DNA of 64,000 bases from Vampirovibrionaceae bacterium NZW_1234 (GTDB taxonomy: Bacteria; Cyanobacteriota; Vampirovibrionia; Vampirovibrionales; JAGQHJ01): assembly GCA_041697335.1 (NCBI GenBank), contig JBGUGD010000015.1, forward strand, positions 128,001 through 192,000, in the 5' to 3' direction. Below are positions 46,811 through 56,486 of this stretch, piece after piece. Both the position numbers and the translations under genes were made by a program. Positions within the stretch are counted from its first letter, which is position 1. The number at the start of each line of letters is the position of its first letter. The notes beneath the pieces were generated by a model. That model had not been told where the DNA came from. It ran no database searches and worked only from the letters and a program-made list of their open reading frames with translations.

Positions 46811-48190
46811 ATGCCCTTTTCAACGTATTTGCCCTATCTTCAGCAAGGCATTGCTGCCATTGAAACCTGGCAGGACCAATGGCCTCCTTTTGAGGACGAT
46901 GACAGCACCCAGGTTGCCCCAGAGCGTCTTAAAGCGATTTTTGCAGAGTTTACCGCCCGTCTCAGGGAGAACTACCCGCATTTTCACCCGCTCTATGCCG
47001 GGCAAATGATTAAACCGCCACACCCGGTGTCGGTGCTGGGCTATTTGACGGCCATGCTCATTAACCCCAACAACCATGCCCTGGACAGCTCTGAAGCCAC
47101 CTCCAGGATGGAAAAAGAATGCATCCAGCAGCTAGGCCGCATGTTCGGCTACGCCACACCCTTAGGCCATCTCACCGGCGGAGGAACCGTGGCCAACCTG
47201 GAAGCCTTGTGGGTGGCCCAGCAACTTCACCCGGACAAAGCCATTGCCTTTAGCGATCAGGCCCATTACACCCATCGCCGGATGTGTGACCTCATTGGAG
47301 CCAAAGCCGTGTCCATTCCCAGCCTGCCCACAGGCCAGATAGATTTGGACGCCCTTCGCACGACCCTAGCCACCACCCCCATTGGCACAGTGGTCGCCAC
47401 ATTGGGGTCTACAGCCTTGGGGGCGCTGGATGAACTTGAGGGCTTGCTGCAACTTCAACAGGAATTCAGCTTTCGCATCCATGTAGACACGGCCTATGGC
47501 GGCTTTTATGCCATTCTCGCAGAAACGGACCCCGCGTTTTCGGTGTATGGCCTGATCCGCCACTGCGACAGCGTGGTCATTGACCCGCACAAGCAAGGCC
47601 TTCAACCCTATGGGTGCGGGTGTGTTCTCTTCAAAGACCCCTCTGTCGGCCACCTGTACCGCCATGACTCCCCCTACACCTACTTCACTTCCGATGAGCT
47701 TCACTTGGGCGAAATCAGCCTGGAATGTTCCCGCTCCGGCGCCTCAGCTGCCGCCCTCTGGCTGACCTTGCAGTGTTTTCCCCTGAGCCCGGATACGGGT
47801 TTTGGCCCCATCCTGAAGCAGACCCGCACGGCGGCCCTCACCATGGCACAGGCCCTTCAGGCTTCCTCGGCCTTTGAATTGCACCTGTCGCCCCAACTGG
47901 ACATCGTCACGTATTTTCCTGTCGGCCAAAGCACAGCTGAAATAAGCCAGCGCACCGATGCCATCTTCAAAGCCGCCATGACCTCTGAGACGGCCCCGCT
48001 TTATCTGGCCAAACTCAAGGTGAATGCCCGGACATTTACCACCCAACACCCGCATATTGTAGCCGATAGCGCGGAGGTCACCCTCTTTCGAAGCTGCCTG
48101 CTAAAGCCCGAGCATGCCGCCCACATCGACACCCTGATGACCCACCTGCATCAGCATGCCGCGGCCACCCAAACACCGGTGCCGCTCTAG
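46811..48190 (+). CDS. Group II PLP-dependent amino-acid decarboxylase
   Basis: GGTVANLEALW, IHVDTAYGG and DSVVIDPHK (PLP lysine); GAGGTG RBS before ATG 46811. Confidence 0.88.
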   Translation: MPFSTYLPYLQQGIAAIETWQDQWPPFEDDDSTQVAPERLKAIFAEFTARLRENYPHFHPLYAGQMIKPPHPVSVLGYLTAMLINPNNHALDSSEATSRMEKECIQQLGRMFGYATPLGHLTGGGTVANLEALWVAQQLHPDKAIAFSDQAHYTHRRMCDLIGAKAVSIPSLPTGQIDLDALRTTLATTPIGTVVATLGSTALGALDELEGLLQLQQEFSFRIHVDTAYGGFYAILAETDPAFSVYGLIRHCDSVVIDPHKQGLQPYGCGCVLFKDPSVGHLYRHDSPYTYFTSDELHLGEISLECSRSGASAAALWLTLQCFPLSPDTGFGPILKQTRTAALTMAQALQASSAFELHLSPQLDIVTYFPVGQSTAEISQRTDAIFKAAMTSETAPLYLAKLKVNARTFTTQHPHIVADSAEVTLFRSCLLKPEHAAHIDTLMTHLHQHAAATQTPVPL

Positions 48191-48279
48191 GCTTTAACCA
48201 AGAGACTCCTACAAAAACGCCCTGGCCTCGCGTCTCACATGTCCCCGGGGGGGGATTAAATCCTTCTCCAGCCCGTGGC

Positions 48280-49440
48280 CTAGGAACCGCCGGAGAGGAC
48301 CTCTTTGAACTTGCCCATAAAGCTGGTGTGTTGCGCCTTATGCTCTTTGCCGGAGCGCTCGGACTCCAGTTCCCGGAGCTTTTCCAAAAGCTTTCGCTCT
48401 TCGTGGGACAAACGCTTGGGCACCTCCAGAACGACCTGGACGTGGTAGTTGCCATGCTGCCCGGCACTGTTGAGGATGGGAATCCCCTGGTTTTTCAAGG
48501 TAAAAACCGCCCCACTTTGGGTCCCGGCTGCGATTTTAATCTTATCGGTCCCCTTGAGCAAGGGCACTTCAATGTCATCACCCAAGGCCAACTGGGAATA
48601 GGTCACCGGCACAGAGGCATACAGGTCGTACCCGTCTCGCTGAAAGACCGGGTGCGGCAGGACATGCAAAATGACATACAGATCGCCGGACGGACCGTTC
48701 ATGGGCCCTGCATTGCCTTCACCCCCGACTCGCAAACGGGTGCCGGTATCCACACCGGCAGGCACCGTAATGGACAGGGTCTTGGTTTCCTGCTCCCGGC
48801 CCCGGCCTTCACAGGTGCGACACGGATCCACAATCATGGTGCCCTGGCCCATACAACGGGGGCAGGTGCTGATTTGGGTAAAATGCCCGATAATCGTCTG
48901 TGTGGTCTGGCGAATCTGACCTTGCCCCATACAGGTTTGGCACACGGCTGGCCCGCCCGAGCCCGGGGACGCACCCGAGCCCTCGCAGGAGTGGCAATGC
49001 TTCAGGCGATTGACTTCAATCTCTTTGCTGATGCCAAAAGCCGCGTCCATAAAATCAATTTCAAGATCATAGCGCAGATCTTCACCCCGCATCTGGGTTT
49101 GCCCACGACCATATCCTTCCCCCCCGGGGAAGCCACCACCAAAGAACTGGGCGAACAGATCGTTGAGATCCGGAAACCCTTGCATAAAGTCCCACGTGGG
49201 CTGATACCCACCGCCACGCAAGCCTTCATGGCCATAGGCATCATACACTTGGCGCTTCTGCGGATCACTTAAGACTTCGTACGCTTCTCCCAGCTCTTTG
49301 AAGAGCTCATCGGCGTTGGGGTCCTTGCTCACATCGGGATGGTATTCCCGGGCTTTCTTGCGAAACGATTTCTTGATCTCTTCGGGAGTTGCGTTTCGTG
49401 AGACCTCAAGGATCTCATAATAGTCTCGTTTTCCACTCAT
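48280..49440 (-). CDS. dnaJ: Chaperone DnaJ
   Basis: DYYEIL, HPD, four CxxCxGxG motifs and GDLYV. Confidence 0.97.
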   Translation of the reverse strand: MSGKRDYYEILEVSRNATPEEIKKSFRKKAREYHPDVSKDPNADELFKELGEAYEVLSDPQKRQVYDAYGHEGLRGGGYQPTWDFMQGFPDLNDLFAQFFGGGFPGGEGYGRGQTQMRGEDLRYDLEIDFMDAAFGISKEIEVNRLKHCHSCEGSGASPGSGGPAVCQTCMGQGQIRQTTQTIIGHFTQISTCPRCMGQGTMIVDPCRTCEGRGREQETKTLSITVPAGVDTGTRLRVGGEGNAGPMNGPSGDLYVILHVLPHPVFQRDGYDLYASVPVTYSQLALGDDIEVPLLKGTDKIKIAAGTQSGAVFTLKNQGIPILNSAGQHGNYHVQVVLEVPKRLSHEERKLLEKLRELESERSGKEHKAQHTSFMGKFKEVLSGGS

Positions 49441-49449
49441 AGGGGCGTA

Positions 49450-50079
49450 TTAATGTCCTGTGGTTTGCTGAAAGGGATTGTTCTTGGCAGCGTCGGGAGA
49501 AAACCCACCGGCGCTGGATTCGGTTTCGGCAGCCTCTGCAGGCGTGGCCCCAGCCGGAGCCACCGCGACAACAACCCGAGCCGGACGAATGACGCGATCG
49601 TGCAGAATATACCCATCCTGGTAGACTTCAATAATGCTCTGATCCGGAACATCCCCGTTTTCAACCTGACTGATGGCCTCATGACGCTCAGGGTCAAAGG
49701 GTTCGCCCTTGGGAGACATCTTGGTCAAGCCCATGTCTTTCAGGTTGTCCAACAACTGCTGGGACAGCATTTCAAAACTCTTATACAGCATTTTGGGATC
49801 CGAGGTCTCGGACAAGCTTTGCTGGGCCCGCTCCAGATTATCCAGAACCGGTAACAGGTTTTCTAATGTGGCCTGGGCACCGTACTTAAACAGGTGTTCC
49901 CGTTCCTGGGCCTGGCGCTTGCGAAAATTCTCAAAATCCGCTGCGAGTCGAAGATACCGGTTGTTAAGCTCCTGATACTCGTCAGAGCCCGGTCCGCCGG
50001 TTGCTTCGGCAGCGTGAACATCGCCTTCGGATAACGTGCTTTCCGAGGTTTCGGTCGCCTCTTGTTGTTTGTCCATCAT
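49450..50079 (-). CDS. grpE: Nucleotide exchange factor GrpE
   Basis: RLAADFENFRKR, LLPVLDNLERA, FDPERHEAI and RVIRPARVVV; AAGGA RBS. Confidence 0.96.
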   Translation of the reverse strand: MMDKQQEATETSESTLSEGDVHAAEATGGPGSDEYQELNNRYLRLAADFENFRKRQAQEREHLFKYGAQATLENLLPVLDNLERAQQSLSETSDPKMLYKSFEMLSQQLLDNLKDMGLTKMSPKGEPFDPERHEAISQVENGDVPDQSIIEVYQDGYILHDRVIRPARVVVAVAPAGATPAEAAETESSAGGFSPDAAKNNPFQQTTGH

Positions 50080-50431
50080 GACCAAATTCCTTCGCAGCCA
50101 CTGACTCTGATTCATTATAGAACGCTGATGCCGAAGAAAGGAGATCCTTAAGGATTTCTTAAGCACCTCTCCTCCAGCCTGATGAATTCCATACGAGCGG
50201 CCTGTCCCGAAGAAGCCACGCCTACTCCCAAGCCAAGCGGACCCATGCAACCTAAAAAAGCCTTAAATCCTTACTATTAATAGTTTTTTAAGAAAAAATA
50301 CGTTTAAAACCCTTTCAATATGGGAATATAACCAATAAATAAACCCCAAAACAAGGACAACTGATGATGACCCCCTCTTCTAAAACCCACTTACAACGCT
50401 TTATGGCATCAGTACTGCCCTCCCGGGATTC

Positions 50432-50555
50432 CCGTGTGGACAATTTGTCCACACGGTTACTTGTCCCCCTGAACGCGCCGTACGGCCAATTTGGCCGTAC
50501 GGTGAAACCGCCTCCAAATGGCCTATCTGACCGTGCGGACAATTTGTCCGTACGG
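50432..50555. repeat. Palindromic element locus B: three 25-bp palindromes (50432-50456, 50478-50502, 50531-50555), spacers 21 and 28 nt
   Basis: CCGTGTGGACAATTTGTCCACACGG, CCGTACGGCCAATTTGGCCGTACGG and CCGTGCGGACAATTTGTCCGTACGG. Confidence 0.9.
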
Positions 50556-50729
50556 CGAATCATTGGCCAAAAACCCACACGCCAAACAGGGTGTTCCCCA
50601 AGCAAGACCTTGATCTGGCAGGGGCACTTTGAAAAAGCGGCTCCTTTAGGCCACAATAAAACTAACCTGGGAAGGCCCTGATACAGCCCTCTCCTGGGGT
50701 GGATGTAGCAGCAGTACCGAGGGCGGCCT

Positions 50730-51812
50730 GTGGGTGACGAGGATAAACAGTTTGAGGCCTCGCAACAGAAGCTGAAAAAAGCCAAGGAAGACGGTCAGGT
50801 CATTAAGAGCAAGGATGTCTCCACGGCTGTCTTTTTGATCGTCATGTTCGGCCTTCTTTATGTCCTGGGACCGATGATTTGGAACCAGATGGCCAAGCTC
50901 TTCATCCTTATTTTTGACCAGATCCCCCATAAAAGCGCCGAAGAAGTGGGCCATATGTACCTGTTGACCCTGGTCGTCCTGACCCTGGTCATTACCATCG
51001 GCCCGTTTCTGATTATTGCCGCAATGGTCGCCATTGCCGGGGACTTCTTCCAGGTGGGCCCCCTGGTGTCGATGAAAGCCCTGGAGCCCAAGTTCGACAA
51101 ATTGAACCCGGTCAAGGGCATCAAGAACCTCTTTACCATGCGATCCCTGATTGAGCTGGTGAAAAACATCCTGAAAATTGCCATTCTCGGGTATATCGGC
51201 TGGCTGGTATTTCAGGCCCACATGATGGAGCTGTTTGTGATTGGCCAGGCCGAAAACATCATGGCCATGATGAGCCTTCTGTGCAAGGTCCTCTTCGAGT
51301 TTATGATCAAGACCGGCATCGTCTTTTTGATCATCGGCATGGGCGACTATCTGTTTCAGCGCTGGAAGTTTCTTCAGGATCAAAAGATGTCGTTCAAGGA
51401 ACTGAAGGACGAGTACAAAAACTCGGAAGGCGACCCCCACGTCAAAGCGGCCCTTCGTCAACGCCGGATGCAAATGCTCCAGCGAGGCATGCTGGAAGCC
51501 GTGCCCAATGCCGATGTCATCATCACCAATCCCATCCATATTGCCATTGCGATCCGTTACATGGATGAAGTGATGGAGGCCCCGCATGTGGTGGCTAAAG
51601 GTACGGAACTTTTTGCCGAAAAAATTAAAGACATCGCCAAAGAACACGGTGTGCCCATTGTGGAAAATGCCGCCGTTGCCCGAGCGTTGTTTCAGGCCGT
51701 GGATATTGACCAGGAAATCCCCCCGGAAATGTACCAGGCCGTTGCCGAAATCCTGATGTTTGCATGGCGAATTAAGGGCCAACCGATTCCCGGCAAGCGA
51801 CAGACAGAGTAG
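50730..51812 (+). CDS. flhB: Flagellar export substrate-specificity protein FlhB
   Basis: KAKEDGQV.KSKD, KLNPVKG, EYKNSEGDP and ITNPIH (NPTH-like autocleavage site). Confidence 0.93.
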   Translation: MGDEDKQFEASQQKLKKAKEDGQVIKSKDVSTAVFLIVMFGLLYVLGPMIWNQMAKLFILIFDQIPHKSAEEVGHMYLLTLVVLTLVITIGPFLIIAAMVAIAGDFFQVGPLVSMKALEPKFDKLNPVKGIKNLFTMRSLIELVKNILKIAILGYIGWLVFQAHMMELFVIGQAENIMAMMSLLCKVLFEFMIKTGIVFLIIGMGDYLFQRWKFLQDQKMSFKELKDEYKNSEGDPHVKAALRQRRMQMLQRGMLEAVPNADVIITNPIHIAIAIRYMDEVMEAPHVVAKGTELFAEKIKDIAKEHGVPIVENAAVARALFQAVDIDQEIPPEMYQAVAEILMFAWRIKGQPIPGKRQTE

Positions 51813-51871
51813 GTAGTGTATAATAGTGGTCTCAAGGTACCTGTCAGGCATTAAATCAGCATATCTGCTGT

Positions 51872-52600
51872 ATGTTGATGGAAGGAAACAGTTCAACGGT
51901 GAAGCCAAATCAGCAAATCAACCATAGACTCGAAGAACGCAACCTCGCCAAGTATTTACCCCTGGTCGAACGTGTTGCCAAGGTAGAGTACCGCCGTGTG
52001 CCCTCGCATATGGTGGACTACGAAGAGCTGGTCAGCATTGGCGCCATTGCTGTTCAAAGTATCCTGCGCGGCAAAACCGCCGAACAGATTGAAAATCTCA
52101 ATATCTCCTATATTGCCACAGCCACTCGCTGGGCCATCCGCAATGAACTTCGCACCCGATACAAATGGTATACCCTGAAACATACCCGGACCGCCGAAGA
52201 ATCCGAAAGCAACGGGGCTGACGGGGATGGCGAAAACAGCGAAGGCAAAGACAAAGAGTCGCCCGAATCCATTCGGGAAGCCGTTTACGAGACCATTCTG
52301 TCCATTGACGGGATCTCCGACGGCCAGGACGGCGACTCCAGCTACGACTTTATCAGCGACAACGGCGCCCGCCCCGACGAACACCTGGAAATCGTGGAAC
52401 TGGGGAAAGCCATTAAGAAAGCCATTGAAAACCTGCCGCCCAAAGAGCGCACCATTGTGGAATACCGCTTTTACCGCAACATGCAGGTCAAGGAAATTGC
52501 AAGCCTCGTCGGCCTATCCTCCTCCCGGGTCACTCGCATTGTCCAGGCTTCACTGGATATGGTGCGCGAGTACCTGAAAGAAATGGAGCAAATGGACTAA
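51872..52600 (+). CDS. FliA/WhiG-like RNA polymerase sigma factor
   Basis: YLPLVERVA, WAIRNELR (region 2) and LPPKERTIV...KEIASLVGLSSSRVTRI (region 4); adjacent to flhB. Confidence 0.85.
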   Translation: MLMEGNSSTVKPNQQINHRLEERNLAKYLPLVERVAKVEYRRVPSHMVDYEELVSIGAIAVQSILRGKTAEQIENLNISYIATATRWAIRNELRTRYKWYTLKHTRTAEESESNGADGDGENSEGKDKESPESIREAVYETILSIDGISDGQDGDSSYDFISDNGARPDEHLEIVELGKAIKKAIENLPPKERTIVEYRFYRNMQVKEIASLVGLSSSRVTRIVQASLDMVREYLKEMEQMD

Positions 52601-52669
52601 TCGCCACCATTGTTGGGCGTCGGAAATTCACGAGGCCCATTTTTTGGGGTGTCTTGCCACTGGCCTAAA

Positions 52670-52716
52670 AATGCTTTTCTCCGTACGCGCAAATTGCGCG
52701 TACGGAGAAAAGCATT
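52670..52716. repeat. Palindromic element locus C: single 25-bp core (52681-52705) extended to a 47-bp palindrome
   Basis: AATGCTTTTCT-CCGTACGCGCAAATTGCGCGTACGG-AGAAAAGCATT. Confidence 0.9.
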
Positions 52717-52810
52717 CCCTGACGACACATCCATGGGCCGGCAAGCTGCCTGCCCCATACAGCTGGGGGCATTACGATGGGGACATCAAGATAGAGTGCA
52801 AAGACCAACG

Positions 52811-53581
52811 CTACTTTTTGGTGTTGGTGGTCTGGCGTTCCAGGGCCTTATACAGATTGGGGAAAGCCGTTTTCAGCTCATCGGCAGAAAACATGGGATT
52901 CACCGATTCTCCGCCCCACTCCGGCAGGCATGGCAGCAAATCCGTCACGGCATGGTCGACGCTTTCGCTGTAGGGATACATATCCGAGTAGTCGCCATCT
53001 GAAAGTTTGATGACATCCCGACGCCATTCATGTCTCACATTCCCGCGTTCGGCCAGGCGGCTTTCCTCGACATAGGCCCGAGCCACTTGCGCCCGCAATT
53101 TGAGCGCCGCTAAATCGTTGCTAATCTTGAACCAGGAGGGAACAATCGCATTCCAATAATGCGCCAGCGGGGTTTTCTTCTCGCCAATGTAGATGGTCTT
53201 GCCATGGCGCAGTTCATCCACGTTTCTGGCAGGAATCCCCGGTCCGGTGACCACCCCTTTAATGGTGTTCAATTTGGGAAGCGCTTTGGTGATATCGCTG
53301 GCCAAGACAACCTGAATTCCCTTTGCCGCCAGCAGGTTGCGGGCATAGGCCGGGATGCTGTTGTAGGCCTTGGTCATATCGTTGACAAACTCATCGGAGG
53401 GTTTGGCATTGGGCGCTGACGCCAGGCCTTGCGTACCCGAGGATGAAACAGAATCCTTCTCCGGATCGTTGCCAAAGGGTAACGGATAACGAACAGCAGC
53501 GGCGGCGGCTGCAAAGCGAGGGGAGGCTTGCATCGAACGGCAAGATGCTTGTCTATATTGATTGCAATTCACAGAAACCAC
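52811..53581 (-). CDS. Hypothetical protein, possible degenerate lethal-factor-like (ATLF) metallopeptidase fold
   Basis: SIPAYARNLLAAKGIQVVL, RHEWRR (broken HExxH) and LKTAFPNLY; resemblance by eye only. Confidence 0.5.
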   Translation of the reverse strand: MVSVNCNQYRQASCRSMQASPRFAAAAAAVRYPLPFGNDPEKDSVSSSGTQGLASAPNAKPSDEFVNDMTKAYNSIPAYARNLLAAKGIQVVLASDITKALPKLNTIKGVVTGPGIPARNVDELRHGKTIYIGEKKTPLAHYWNAIVPSWFKISNDLAALKLRAQVARAYVEESRLAERGNVRHEWRRDVIKLSDGDYSDMYPYSESVDHAVTDLLPCLPEWGGESVNPMFSADELKTAFPNLYKALERQTTNTKK

Positions 53582-53728
53582 AGAATTCCACCTTTCCGAA
53601 AAACCTAAGAACCTTCACTGTCAAAAGCACCGATGAGGTGCCTCAAACATACTAAGCCCAAGAATATCGCTTATCACCTTTTTTAAAGACCCTCAATCAA
53701 ATAAATTGCCTGGTTGTTACAGAGTTGA

Positions 53729-53777
53729 TACAAAACAGGTCCGCCGACCCATTGTGGGTCGGCGGACCTGTTTTGTA
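53729..53777 (-). terminator. 23-bp perfect-stem hairpin terminator
   Basis: TACAAAACAGGTCCGCCGACCCA-TTG-TGGGTCGGCGGACCTGTTTTGTA, downstream of the 53824-55185 gene. Confidence 0.8.
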
Positions 53778-53823
53778 AATATGACAACTTGATGTTACAT
53801 CCTGAAACTCCTTGCTGTTCTTG

Positions 53824-55185
53824 TTAGTTCCCGGCCGGTGCGGGTGCTGCCGGCGGGGCCGGAACTGCAGTCTCATTGGCCGTATTGTTTTCAAGGCCTC
53901 GAATACCCTCTTTAAGCCAGTTGGATCTGAGCGTATTTCTGGCAATCCGGGCAAACTGGTGGCTGACATTGGCTCGGGCACCGTGCTCCATATGCTCCAG
54001 CCTGAAGTTATGCCACGCCCGCTCGAAGGCTGATCGTTGACGGGCCTGCGCTTGAGCCACCCGTTGCCCCCGAGCCAGCGTTTCAGGACGGAAGCCATCC
54101 GCTGTACCACGGCGCTGAGCAACCTGATAGGATCGGTGAGCGAGATCCGAACTCTCGGAAACCGGGGCTGTCCGAGGACGGAGCGGTGGTGTGACTCTCA
54201 AGTCAGACCGGGTCCGCAAGCCAACGTTGATGACGCTGCCAAACAGAGCCCCGTACATAATCGACTCACCAATGGGCTTACCATCCCACCATGCTCGAAA
54301 CCCGTTATCGAGGCCACCGAAGATAGCCCCCTCGGTACCACGTCGAGCCGCAATGATCCCGAATTTCTGAAGCCCGGTCTGGCTCGAACGCAGAACAACA
54401 TCCTTCGTGGCATAAATCTGCATGCGTCCCACCAGGGTGCTGGCTTTTGAGGTCCCCAGTGCCAGGACTTTACCACCGCAGGCTCGGCCCACGGCAGTTC
54501 CAACTCCAGCGGCTAACGGGGAAATGAGTGCCACACCGAACCCGACACAGAAGTCTCGTTTCCAATCCTTGAAGGCCTCGCCCCAACTAATGGGGTTGCC
54601 GTTCTCATCGCCATCAAACTTTTTGGCGGCAGCCTGAATCAGCATCTTGGCGCCACCAGCCACTACGGCAGCAGCCGCTAAGCCCAGCGGGCCACCGGCA
54701 GCAAAAGCAGCAACAGAGATAGCGCCAATGGCGACATCACCCAGGACATCGGTCCAGTTCTGGGCTTTTGTCAGGTACTGTGAAAATTTATTGTCGGTTG
54801 CTCCCAAGGCCGTACCCGCGAGACCACCAATCACGGCACCGATGGGGCCACCGACCATAAAGCCTGCCATTACGCCAAGACCCAATCCGGCCCCCCCGGT
54901 ACAAAGGCGGCTAAACCAGGAACGAGGCTTCTGAGGTGCCTGCGGCTGTGCAGGCGCTGGTGCTGGTGCTGGCGTGGGATTGCGCCGAGGCGGCTCCGGT
55001 GCGGCACGCATCACAGGACCTGGTGGCTGTAACGGCCCACGGCCCCATTGGCCTACAGGAATGATATTCAAATTCGGATCGGGCTGTAATCCCGGAATAC
55101 CTCCGGGCCCATTTGGCCCTAGCAATAGTGGTGGTTGAACTCTTCTATCGGCGCCTTGAACGACACCTTGAGGCTGACCTGGCAT
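53824..55185 (-). CDS. Hypothetical protein with Pro-rich N-terminus and glycine-zipper hydrophobic hairpins
   Basis: AAGGGG RBS; GAGLGLGVMAGFMVGGPIGAVIGGLAG and AAFAAGGPLGLAAAAVVAGG. Confidence 0.75.
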   Translation of the reverse strand: MPGQPQGVVQGADRRVQPPLLLGPNGPGGIPGLQPDPNLNIIPVGQWGRGPLQPPGPVMRAAPEPPRRNPTPAPAPAPAQPQAPQKPRSWFSRLCTGGAGLGLGVMAGFMVGGPIGAVIGGLAGTALGATDNKFSQYLTKAQNWTDVLGDVAIGAISVAAFAAGGPLGLAAAAVVAGGAKMLIQAAAKKFDGDENGNPISWGEAFKDWKRDFCVGFGVALISPLAAGVGTAVGRACGGKVLALGTSKASTLVGRMQIYATKDVVLRSSQTGLQKFGIIAARRGTEGAIFGGLDNGFRAWWDGKPIGESIMYGALFGSVINVGLRTRSDLRVTPPLRPRTAPVSESSDLAHRSYQVAQRRGTADGFRPETLARGQRVAQAQARQRSAFERAWHNFRLEHMEHGARANVSHQFARIARNTLRSNWLKEGIRGLENNTANETAVPAPPAAPAPAGN

Positions 55186-55649
55186 AATTCCCCCTTAATA
55201 CTCTTCTCGGTGATCCTAAAAGGCTAATCGAAAGCCTTGTCGGCCTCTCCTTTGCCGACATCCGTTGCTCTGAAACGTCCAATTTCAGCATCAGTGCTTG
55301 GGTGGATTCCAATCGCACCAATGACAATATGGCCTTATGCTCAGGTTAGAATGTGTTTAAAATTTTCATTCAGCGTATCCCCCTCATACATACCCTAGTC
55401 AATCTTCTCAAAAACCGGAGCAGCTGCTCCTACGTTTATATAAAAACGTCCCGATTCCATTTTGGACCAGGTTGTTACAATTTATAACACACAAACCCCG
55501 TCACAGAGCCACTATTAAAACATTTAAAAATAAAAACAGCCATCCTGAAAGCGTTTTCAGACTGCCTCTTATCCCTTGGCCTGGGGAGACATTTAGGCGA
55601 GATGAACGCCTCGTATGGCTTCAGGCAACCATTTTAGACAGGGAAACGA

Positions 55650-56231
55650 TTACTTCCCCCGCCGGTCCAGCTCGGCGATATCCAGAAAAGACGTTGAATT
55701 CAGCCGAGCCAGATCATCAAAGGTGGGCTTGGAGACGCGAAACGTATTGCCCTCGCTGTCTTTGGGCTGGACTGAAATGAGGCCCTCTCTGAGGAGATGA
55801 GTCGTTCCAGCACGCCAGGAATTAATGGCATCCAAGAGTCGGTGCAAGCCCCACAAATCAGATTCTTGCGGGTTTTGCTGCCCTTCGGCAAAGGCTTTGG
55901 CCAGCCGAAGAATTTCAGCCCGATACTTATCGTCCTGCTTTTTGGCATGCCCGGTTAAAACGTAGTGCTTCGGCTTCTGAAGGACGTATATCGGTCCTGG
56001 CTGGTGCATTTGTTTAAAGTTTCGAGTGAAGAAATCCTCACTTGGAACATTTGGACGCGACAACGATATGGTTTTAGCTTCAACACCCGCTTCATTGAGC
56101 TGACGAGCCAATTCTCTGGCCGCCTTAGCTTCTAACTTATCCTTCTTCTGGGGATCTGACACATCCAGAACACCATTGATGGGATAGCTGTTGATCACAT
56201 AGGCCTGGCCAAAGCGAACGGGCATGGTCAT
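55650..56231 (-). CDS. Hypothetical protein (N-terminus MTMPVRFG)
   Basis: AAGGAG RBS, 193-aa ORF. Confidence 0.7.
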   Translation of the reverse strand: MTMPVRFGQAYVINSYPINGVLDVSDPQKKDKLEAKAARELARQLNEAGVEAKTISLSRPNVPSEDFFTRNFKQMHQPGPIYVLQKPKHYVLTGHAKKQDDKYRAEILRLAKAFAEGQQNPQESDLWGLHRLLDAINSWRAGTTHLLREGLISVQPKDSEGNTFRVSKPTFDDLARLNSTSFLDIAELDRRGK

Positions 56232-56486
56232 TGTCAGAGTCTCCTTATTTGATAACAGTGGATTTTAGAGGGGTTTGATTTTTTGCAACTCATATTGCAA
56301 AACCGTATTCCTGTTCTACTACAACCAGGTTAAATTACCAGTCGTCATTTGAAATGACCTGCCGATGCCACGGCACACTGTCTTGCCATGACGGTTTGAC
56401 TGGCGTCATCGGCAGGCAGCTCTGGTTTAAAGAGGATGCCGGAAATCACCACCGGCGTGACCCACGGCAGCCTCATGACCGAGAAT

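Noticed and set aside
50432..50555. CRISPR array call for the palindrome clusters
   Set aside because: Only 2-3 non-identical repeats, spacers of 17-28 nt with variable length, fully palindromic repeats and no cas genes; reported as a repeat family instead
50315..50785. Short ORFs translated through the palindromes (RVDNLSTR/RADNLSAR peptides; also 15838-16093)
   Set aside because: The peptide repeats follow directly from the DNA palindromes; no RBS or coding signature
50646..51908. 420-aa minus-strand ORF
   Set aside because: Antisense shadow of flhB
56405..56428. Sigma28-like TAAA...GCCGATGA upstream of the 56231 gene (and TAAA...GCGATAT near 53665-53685)
   Set aside because: Spacers of 12 and 10-11 nt instead of 15
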